A DNA stretch of 64,000 nucleotides from Laetmonice hystrix (lineage: Eukaryota). This document shows positions 26,211 through 36,696 of this stretch, in pieces (within the stretch, counting starts at the first letter, position 1; every line of letters begins with the position of its first letter). Location of the stretch: contig OZ249436.1 in the NCBI GenBank assembly GCA_965235115.1, positions 22,756,001-22,820,000 of the forward strand, written 5' to 3'. Below the pieces are notes generated by a model. That model searched no databases and had not been told where the DNA came from. It worked only from the letters and a program-made list of their open reading frames with translations. Made by a program: the position numbers and the translations under genes.

Positions 26211-27985
26211 CACATCAGCACGTATTATCATCACCCACCCACCCAATTATTACCCATAAAGCACCACAAAAGCGATCCAAGGGGAATCCGTTTCCATTTA
26301 CCTCATCCCTTTCCCTCAAAACATAACGATTTTTTTCTGGTGTACTGTTACTTCGCAATTTGAAAGTACAAAAATGACTTGAAAATATAATATTATCATA
26401 TAGCCTACAAAACATAATTGTTTATGATGACATATGGATGATATGTCGATGATACAGACATTATGCTAGCATTCTGTTATCTGGAAATATCCGCCAAGAT
26501 CGACCATATCTGGGCCATTCTTTGAACTGTATCCCTCCTGTTAATTAGCCGTCTCATTAATGGTTTAGGATTATACATCACGAGGTTTTCAACCTGCTAA
26601 ATCAGCCAGCACAGGGCCCTTCCAACCGGCGCACTGCAAACTCGGCCATTTTGGTTGAAGAGAAATGTTGGCAAACATTGTGAAATCTTCGCAATGTCCT
26701 AACTACGTACACAACGAGCAAAGAAACAAAATTCAATGTCAGTTCAGCAATATAGATTAGCAGTACAATCTCGCCAGTTTCTTCTGAATACATTATTCTG
26801 AGATATCCTCTTCCAGTCATGAGAAGCATACAATGGGTGACCACATATACGTCAGTTTTATCAACTGCTACCGTATTATGTACATTTTATTATTTATTGA
26901 CCTCACCAATATTAACTATTATCCCATTACGTTTGCTTGGGAAACTTTAACTCCAACTACGGGTAATCAATAAATTGATATGCTATACAACATTTACCTG
27001 GTGTACTTTATAATTGGCAACTCTTGGGGATTTGTTTAAACCACCTCTACACCTCATCCTGGACGATGAACATACGTATGTCTCCTACATACATGTACCG
27101 TTGTGATTCTTTAATTTACAAAAAAAATACATATAATACGCCTTCAGATGCATTGCTTCCTACTCGAATATACTGTATTATTTATATTTTATAGCAATAG
27201 TATTTCCTTTAATCATGGGCATATGGGTTTCATAAATTTTGTCGACGCCCACAGACCTGCATAGAGCCTACTCGGACAAGAACATGACGATGGCAGTGAC
27301 CTGGGGGCAGTTTCACTAACAGCGACGGACCGTTCGACGGATCCAGGGATTTTGGAAAGTCTTGTGCTGGGGTCTGGGGGCTTTCCCAGGAAAAATTGAA
27401 AAATAAAGTGCTAAATACATTATTTTCTGGCATCTGGAAAGAAAATCCAAGATCTTATGATGCGGGCACATGTAAAAAGCGAAAAAGGCTGTCTTCGAAA
27501 GGTGAGTCGGCAGAGATAAGGGGCGTCTCCCCCCCTCTCTGTGTATGGTTGTTATGGTTGGGCCATCATTGCTCGGATGGTCCGTCGCTTTCAGTCAACA
27601 CTCCCTGTTTTAGTGCAATCTCACCGAATGTCACGACAGAACACGCCTCTACCATTTATATACAATATTGCTTGCCATGATATTCTAAAACAACGGTGCC
27701 CTTCAGAATCTTCTTCCGCAACATACAAATGGACAATAATGAGGCACTTTGAAGATGCGGAGACAGTGAAATCCCCGCGTCATCACCAGGCTCCTGTAGA
27801 ACATCGCCGGCCGCGCTCCACAGTTACCGAGTATTGCGTGCCGCCTATCAAGACTTAATACTACAGACGGCACTACCTGACTTGAAAATGTTTGGTTCGG
27901 TCCCGTTTTACACCGGGAACCGCCCCCGTCCGTCTTCCACCTAAAGCTGTCACGAACTGATTGCACAGACGTCGACCACCTGCTC

Positions 27986-30798
27986 TCACACCCAATACTT
28001 GTTCTCGTGAAGAACAGGGTTCGTTTTGCGGCAATGCTGCAGCAGTTCTGGGTCGACGTTCTCCCAGTCAAATGTCACCTGGTCTCGCTTGAGTGTACCG
28101 CCGGGGGTGTGGGTCTCAGCCCCCTCACCGTCAAACAGCGGGGTCACCTTACACGTGGGCACCGTCCTACTCACCTCAGCGCGTGCCAGGTCACTGTCCG
28201 AGTGGTCCTCATACTGTGCCCCAAGCGTACCCGCCCGCTGAGCTCCGGCCGCCGTCGGTACCACAGGGGTCGCCACCGGTATGGCCCCCTGGCGGCGGTG
28301 GGGCGGTGGCGATCCCGACCGTGATCGGTCCCTGGATGATGACCTTGGCCGCGGCAAGGAATGGTTGGACCGTGACGTTGACGGTGACCTTGAGCGCGAC
28401 CTGCCTCGTGGAGGAGGTGACCTTCGATGGTCAAAGAGCTGCGGTGTGTCGGGTGTGATGTTGATGACGGGAACGCCACCGCCACCATCGCGCATGTCGT
28501 CTGGGTCTATGTCGTCATGGCGACCACCCATATTGTGATGTTTCTGAGGCTCAATGTGCACATTTGGCTGCGCAAGAGGTGTGCGCGAGTCCTCCTTTGC
28601 TTTCTCTAATTTTTCCTTCCGTTTGCGGTTCCTCTTAAAGCACCTGGTCAAAATGAGGACGATAACCACTATGACGGAGATACCAGATACCAAGATGATG
28701 ACTATGAGCCGGTCCATGCTGTAGGGCTCCGTACCCGTCGGCTCAGTCCTTGACGGGTCGATAGGGGGCGCTGTAGGGATGGCCTCGGTTGACAAGGGTC
28801 CTAAAGCCCCCCCTTCGTTGTTTATTAAACCCGGCGTCTCAGGTCCCTGGGATCCCGTCCTGGGGGGTGGTTTGGGGGCGGCTGCCTTCAGTCTCATGTA
28901 GTAGGTATTGGTGGCAGGCTGACTGTGCTCCGCCGTCAGAATGTACGTAAAACTGTCACTTCTGTCATGGGTCGCATTCGAAGGAATAGCACGGTAAGAG
29001 ACCTTCCTCTTTTCAACATCCTCGTGAGTGAAATCTTCTGCCTCCACCTCGATATCTTCCTCTTCTTCCCCTTGTTGCCGACCTCGCTGCTTCTTCTTCT
29101 TCCTCGCTGCTTCCCTCTTCATTCTGTCACTGTCTTTTGATATCTGAACGGTTTTGTAGAGTTTCCCGAACCTGGGCCCCTTGGAGATGGTGTAGACTGG
29201 AATGCTTCCGGTTATTGCTGCCAGTTCACTTGCATCAAGTTGGTTGGTTGTGAAAACGACTTGCTCACCGGGGGGAATATCTGCGACCTTCTGGTTGACC
29301 CTGGCTATGACGGATATATTAAGCCTGAGGCCGGTGATCATATTCTGGCTGTCATAGAGAATGAAGTCGAAGCTGTCCGAGTCAGCGTTCATGTCGGTCT
29401 GAATGTAAGAAATGTCCCTGGCGTCGACATGTCTCTGACTAAACTGGTACACAGGGTGGTTGTGGAGATAGAGCTGACCATGGCGGGGTGGGTGGGTCAC
29501 GTTGAACATAATCTTAGCGCGGTTTCCGTTGGTTTCTACGCGGATGTTTTCAGCTGACAAGTAGGCCGAGGAGTGGCCCTGGAGGATCGAGAGGCTAGAG
29601 ACGTTTCTCAGCTCCAAGGTCAGCGGGTTCACGTGTATGTTGAACACCTTATAGTATGGTTTGAACTTGCCGTCAGTCACATGAAAGTAAAATGCGCCGG
29701 ATTCCATGCTGCCGTCCTGAATGAAAACCACCTGGTTGTTGTCCACGTCTCTCTGAGTAAACTTCCGTATGGGAACATCTGGATTCGAGGCCAGCACAAC
29801 GACTCCATTATCTGGACCATTATTGATCTGGTACTGGATACCATCTGGGGGAGTGTCCGGGTCTTCAGTGTAAAGTTCATTCCGAGTAATATTTGCGGTA
29901 AAACCCTGAACCAGTCTGATGCCTGGGTACTGAGTATTGAGCTTGAACGGCTCGTCATTGACTGGGTTTACGGTGATGTTGAAGGTATTGGTCATCCTCA
30001 GAGGTTTTCTGGTTTGGCTGCTCGACGTGCCGCCAGCCACCTCCATCTGCATGTTAAACTGGAAGACGTCCCAGAGACTGTTGGAGTGGTCGTGCACGTA
30101 CTCCACCCGACCTTTGTTTATGTCCTTCTGCATAAACGTTGTTCCTTTCGTGGCGTTCTCATTGTTGGCAATCAGAACACCGTGCATCGGGGGAGCAGTG
30201 ATGACGTAATGAACCTCAGGATTACGTAATCCACTGTCAGTCAGGCGCCTTCGGAGCATGCTCAAATCGAGATTCTGACGTTCAAAGGTCACACTGCCGC
30301 CCTCCTCGACCGTCAGAGGCGAGATCTGCAAGAGCTTGTCCTTGTTCTCCTCATTGATGTTCTCGTATGAGATCGAAATGTTGAATGTTTTGAACGTGAG
30401 ACTCCGCGCATAGGCAGTGGCCACATCAAAGTGGAACGAATCCTTGTCAATCCAGGAGCCCATCGGGGCAGTGTGCTGGTAGGCGATTCTTCTCTCGTCA
30501 ATATCGTTTTGTGTAAAAGACAACGCCTCCGCCATGCTGCCGTTGTCCCTCCAGACCAACTTGCCGTGCTGGAGTTTCGACTGGAGAGTAAAAGTAACTG
30601 GTCTCATCTGGTGCACATCATTGGTTGTCGCCAGGAGGTCCTCGGCGGTGATTGGCTGCTCGATCCCCGGGTAAACCTCTAGCGTGTTGCTCACCTCTAG
30701 GGTGAGGATCAGAGGTTTTGCCCGGATCTCAAACGAGTGACGCTTACCGTAGTGAACGCCGTCATTGACTTTGAACGAAAACCCTCCACGGTCAGAAC
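27986..30798 (-). CDS. CSPG4: Chondroitin sulfate proteoglycan 4 / NG2 (kon-tiki/perdido-like), terminal coding exon
   Basis: Tandem CSPG (cadherin-like) repeats with motifs FTQNDIDERRIAYQH, FMQKDINKGRVEYVHD, FTQRDVDNNQVVFIQD, FSQRHVDARDISYIQ and FTHEDVEKRKVSY. TM helix LIVIILVSGISVIVVIVLIL (~28645-28708) followed by a basic stretch. C-terminus LLQHCRKTNPVLHENKYWV ends in the YWV PDZ-binding motif typical of CSPG4/Kon. Acceptor tttcactttgttccag|G at 30799/30798, phase 1. Confidence 0.92.
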
Positions 30799-33700
30799 CT
30801 GGAACAAAGTGAAACATAAAAATACGTTAGTGTATGCCGTGTCTGCTTGGTAACACCTACTGAGGGTTGGTGAAACCTATACCCAGTACAAACGAATCTA
30901 TAATGATAAAACCATCCGAAAACCTGCAACATGCGTATCATACATCATCGCTTCTCATACGTTATCACCAACGTATCCATGAACATGAGGCGGTTCAGAC
31001 ATTCGTTTTGTTTTCTTGACCTTTGAAGTATTCATATTACATATCAAGGACCATTTCAGAACAGACATAAGTTACTGAGTACTAAGCTACGGCTAGGACC
31101 GTGCCATCGTAGCTGATTCTGATTAAGCTGTGTTCAGACAGGATAGGCCGGATTACTGGTCCGCTATACGTCCTAGCGCTCAGACACAGGCGATATACCG
31201 GCAGCGACAGGGCCGCAATGTTGCGTATAATCTGGGAAAATGCATAGTTAGACCATAGAACTGTTACACGTTCTATGGTTAGACAGAGTCCTAGCCGATG
31301 TTCCGGATCACTAAACCGCGTGGTCCCAGGCAGACTATAGCAAGGCGACCTAACTAGCGTGTTCACACAAAAATAGCTACCGATATGTCGGCTGCTAGCC
31401 GATATACGGCCTCTGAACACAACACGTGTCTGTGCAATGCTGAGAATAACCTGTTAAAGGCCCGAACCCACTTTCTCACTCACCGGTCACAAGCCTTGCG
31501 GTCAGCCTGGCGCAAGGGCGGCGATCCAAACCCACTTTGCGACCAGTGCTTGCGAGTTAAGTGTGTCAGTGTCGCAAGCATTCAGACAATTAACATCTTC
31601 CTCTAAACCTCTTGAATCAAGATAGCGACTCGTGCTACTCCGTTTAATGAGATTGTATTATTGGCCGACGAAGATGAGGGCAATCTTCCTCCCGTTCTGT
31701 ATATTCTTTTCTCGCACCATGACTTTTTTTATTTGCCATATTATATTTCTAAATACCTACGTTTGTATGGCTTCAGTGTCAGGTTATCTTTGCGATATCA
31801 CATTCTGTAGGGGCACCATCTCATTGGTCATTGCCCAGCGACCAGTCGGGCCTTTGTCGCAATATCTGGCCTTAAACTCTGATGGTAACCTGATCCAATA
31901 AAACTGGAAAATAAACTACATTTCGATTCCAAATATCCAACTACATATAGCTTGGCCTGGTGATGATAGAGAAGAAATAAACATACATATTTCATGTATA
32001 CGCAATGTGAGCCGAGCCTGGCGCCATCGAAAGCATATATCATTCCTGTTCTGGAACAAAAACTTTATCCGCATATGACTGCTTTTCGGATTTCTGATTG
32101 GAGCTGCTATAGCCATTGCTGTAACCTGCATACAATCCACGGTGATCAACTGGAATAAGCATGCTGTTGGATGAAAGAGTGGAAACCTCAGCCCGTTCCC
32201 CATCTCCACAGCCTAACAAACATGTTCACATGATTCTTCACTTGGTTAACTTCATGGTGTGCACAATCTCTCTTTATTTCTATAACACGTTCACTTCAAC
32301 TCTTCAATCATTTCTTGCAATAAACAAATAAAGTCAATCTGCAGGCGGACTTCTTCTGCACGCGACGCCTTTCATGTTGACAGCTTCAACATCAATCATA
32401 GCAATTATTCGCTTCTGCATCTAGTGAGTCTTAATGTACTGAAACACTTAACATGTGATACATGCAGGTGCTGACGGCCGTCGTTTTAAATTTATTATCT
32501 CATCACTTGAAGGTACATCAAGCAAAACGTGATAAGGTATTAATCACCATCACTCGCCATGTAACCATAGCAACTAGGTTAGCATTTATGCTGACAACAT
32601 TACGATTAAAAAACTTACATCAAGAAGACCTCTTACATTACAAATATGTTTTCTGTTCTTCATATCGGAAGATGAGATGCTTTTATCACGAGTAATGTCA
32701 AACAGCACAATACTTCCTGTAAATATCACAACAACATACCCATAATTTTGTTGGAGGGATGGGGTGATTCTCGGATGAATTTATTTCCATGGTTGGGGGA
32801 ATAAATCGGCCCACACGGTAGGATTTGGGATCTGTCAAAAATTGTACCCAGCTGTTATGTCACCACGACGTTAAGGTGGAGCACAGAACCGATAAGTCAT
32901 TTCCAGATGTTGGCCGCTTAACATTTTCGCAGCAAACTAATGCGATTCCTGATTTATCGACTTGCCACTAACGAGACTACTTGGTAGGAGCATCGCGGCC
33001 GCCGAGACTTTGATGTGAATTTCATCTTGGACTTTATACGTACATATTCCATAAATATTTCAGAGACCTTCGCCCCTGACGGGCGTACTTCAGGAACTGA
33101 TCGATACGGCTCTACAAACAGATGATGTCCGCCCGTCCTTTCAGTCAAGTCTCATATTGTCCAAGGTAACAGCACCCAGAACCTCTAACTCCACTCCACA
33201 CCTCCCAACGCGCACCATTCATTATCATTTCTGTTTCATGCGTTGCTATCCAATTACTGTTTAATGAGTGATCTTTAGTTTGAGCCAAAAGCCACAGTTT
33301 CCTTCTTTGGCTTTGGTTCATCTGAAAATGTAGTGATCACACAAGTGTGAAATGGACTTGATAAAAAAATATATAATATACGAACTGGTGATATCCGATA
33401 TATTGGTATGGATTGACTGAACCCTGCAACGATTTGATTGGGACAGATGGGGCCCTGCACGATCGCCATCTGGCGGCTGTATATGAAATGAACGGGCTGT
33501 TTGTAGAGACCTTCAGCCGTATACAATGAACATGGCGTAGTCTCAGCAGGGGCCCGGCCCCCCCTTATGTTTTCCTTCCCCCTTATTTCAAGAAGATGTA
33601 TTATTCGGACCATGAAACCAGGATTCCAACAAAATTCTTACAAAAAAACCTCCTATTGTACGTGATAGTAACATCGGGCCCAAAAGGGCCACCTCAGTCA

Positions 33701-34019
33701 TCCAGGAGCAACATAACTCCATGCAGCATTTAGATCGACCAAAAGGGGCCCAAAATGGCCATAATCACAATGAAATCATGCCGAGCGTAGCGAGGCTAAA
33801 ATACTTTTTAGGTGCCCCCTATCAAAATCCCCCACTGAATATGCAAGCCGGACTCCCACCAAGCGGTTATGTAGGAGAACACACCAGAAGAGCCTGGGGA
33901 AGGTTAGCAAATTGGTCTATTGTCGGACATGTACTTCTTGTCGTTGTGTTTCATACTCTGCTGGGCTCGACTCTGGCTACTGGGTTGGGGCCCCTACTGC
34001 TAGGGCCTGTCTTACTAAG

Positions 34020-34153
34020 CAGTGGGGGATTCAGGGGGGGGGGGGCTAGGGGGTCCGCCCCCCTTAGAATTCCCTTTTCTTCTTTTTTACAGTCAAAATA
34101 AAAAAAATGTAGGTGGCCCCCCCCCCCTTATCAAAATCCTGGATCCCCTACTG
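34020..34153. mobile_element. MITE of the CAGTGG.GGAT family with a 5-bp TSD
   Basis: CAGTGGGGGATTCAGG ... CCTGGATCCCCTACTG, flanked by CTAAG (34015-19 and 34154-58). Confidence 0.8.
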
Positions 34154-34592
34154 CTAAGGTCTGGTTATTAACGATATCGTTAGGTTCAATAGTTCAATAA
34201 GAGTCTCTGATTATTAACGATTATTAGCCTATAGGAACATCCCGAGTAAAGTTATTGTTGTTGAAGAGCAGGCCGCTGTTCGGACGCCAGCCAAAGCGAC
34301 GCTGAAATCAGGGGAGATAAAATTTGGAAATTCGCGTGTTAAACCGTATATCAAGTCAGAGTGCTACAAACTGTTTTGTCAGAGAGGGACACATTTTGTA
34401 TATCAGCGAACTGGGCAATGCAAAAGCTTATAAATGCTTTTGAAGTTGATCTCAAGGTCAACCTCCGGCAGTTTAGACTGGGCTGATCTCAAGGGTAGAA
34501 TGCAGGATGCGCGATGCCTGCCGTATTAGTGGCCATGGTCACTTTCACGATGTGGCCATGGTCACTTTCACGACAAGGCCCAAAATACGGCT

Positions 34593-36594
34593 GGGTCATT
34601 CTATACCAAATCACCCAGAAAAAAGATCTTTCCAGTTCAAATAATAGATTTTGATGAAATTTTACTCATAAAAACGTTGATCCAATTCATAGGGCCATGC
34701 AAAATTTTATTTCTGTACTCCAAATAGTTTTCGAGATATGGCTTTTTAAATTGTTCACCCCTTGGACCCTTTCCAGAATTAAGTTTCGCTTATTTTTGTG
34801 CCGATTTTGAGGACCTATAACAGCACAATTATAACAGTGAGTATTCCCATATTTCATTAACTTACTATCCTTAGTGGGTATGCAAAATACAAGATAACGG
34901 GTACGAGTGGTGCCAAAATGGCGTTTTGTCCAATTTTTACCTAAAATATTTAGCTGCGCAACAGGTTTTTTTTCCATCTGAAAAGGCATATTTTCTTTAA
35001 TTCTTAATAGATCTTCACAGAACTTTTAGAGAATGCTTACTGGCTATATTCCCATACATAATCATAGTCCAAAATGGTTCATTTATGCTAAAAATTCCTA
35101 GTTATTTGACCTTAAGCATAGTGATATCCGACTTTTTGGAGGAGATGGATATTTCTGAAAGTTTAAAGTGCTCTAGAAAAGTCAGTTTTTAATATTTTTA
35201 TTCGAAATTTGGCACATGGATGGTCTATGGGGAGTTCTTTCAGGAAAATATATTACAAGTTTCCAACTTGGATTAGATTTTTAATGAAGTCCTATCAAAA
35301 TGTCAAAAAAATGAAAAATGTGGTATCAGGCCCCACATATAAAAAAATTGTCACACAAAAGGGATTGAGAGCACAGTTTCCAAACTTTTTTTAAATAATA
35401 AGGACATACATAATGTACAGTTGACAAAAAAAATCAGTAATGTGCTAGCTTTCTTTCCAGTCTTTAATGTATTGCGTTGGGGATTTTCTATTGCTTTTTA
35501 TTGTTTTGTCCCTTTTTGTTTTGGTGTTCGTATATCTCCTGTTAAGTCCGTTTGGGGAGGCTAGTCGACGGTTGAGTTGAGGAATCCAACATCTGAATAC
35601 GTCCAGGTAGATTTCAAGTATTTATTTCACAAGTCCACAATACTCCCAAGTGCGTGACCAAGCATACGTATAATCCGCAGTAGACGACTAAGTTCACCAA
35701 GTACACCATAAACTTATGATAATACCTGTCGTTAATCCTTTCGTCCTTTCTGGCTACAGCGTTCACTGTCTTCTATCACGATCGTATTTCCTCCTCAATC
35801 TTTCTATCTGCCGATCTCGCCTCCAACTCTCTAGCTGTTTCCGACAGTAAAGATCCTCTAAGTGATTCCCGCACAACTCCGACACGCTAGCCCTTCGACC
35901 ATCACCCGGGGCGTATATTTCCTTCTCTAGTTGCTGGCCGCTCTCCGCTCTCTCTATGTTCTCCCCTCTCTGTTCTCCGTAGCTACCTTTTATACCTACG
36001 CTGTTCCATTTACTTGCCTACGCTGTTACCTCCTCCCTGCTTCCTCTACTTTTCTTCGCTGTTCCCGCCATTCTATCTACCTGCCTGCGCTCTTACATCC
36101 CCCGCTATTCCATCTACTCGTCTGCTCGAGGTGTAACCTAATCTCCACTCTCCTCCTGTGAGATGTTTTATTGCTCGCCAGCTGGGCCCCGTGTGGGTTC
36201 CCTGTCTCGACGCCGACTCTATACTTCCCCTGTCTATTTTTCTCTCTGACGGTTCTCTCCGTACGCTTTATCCCCAACGCTTCTCCTCCTACTCTATCTA
36301 TCCGGCAGTCTACTCCTGACCAGCATACGTGTGTTAACCAACATGTATTCATGAATACAGCCATTTCTTAACATTCGCAAGTGGGTCATTCCATGTTGAA
36401 CCAATGGCAAAAAAGTTGATGTCTCCGAATTTGTTTAAATTTTAACCACATATTTGACAGCCATATTTGGCCACCCTTCAGTAATAAAATTTTGCATGGC
36501 TCCATGAATTGGATCAAAGTTTTTATGAGTAAAATTTCATCAAAATCTATGATTGGAACTGGGAGGCCCTGAGTGGCTTGGTATGGAATGACCC
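34593..36594. mobile_element. Non-autonomous TIR element with GGGTCATT termini (Sola2-like), containing a nested LTR-like insert
   Basis: GGGTCATTCTATACCAA ... TTGGTATGGAATGACCC. 34630-34710 is the reverse complement of 36483-36563. Flanks GGCT/GGCA. Confidence 0.65.
35540..36373 (-). mobile_element. Probable solo LTR (834 bp)
   Basis: TGTTAAG...CTTAACA inverted ends (TG..CA). On the minus strand, TATAAAA (~35990) lies upstream of AATAAA (~35623). No matching TSD. Confidence 0.55.
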
Positions 36595-36696
36595 GGCAGC
36601 ATAGTATGTTGTTTGTTATGCCGTATTAGTGGCCATGGTCACTTTCACGACGTGGCCATGGTCACTTTCACGACAAGGCCCTAAATACGGCAGCAT

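Noticed and set aside
30799..30817. ATG start of the 943-aa ORF
   Set aside because: Falls in the polypyrimidine tract, and the protein lacks a signal peptide and N-terminal domains.
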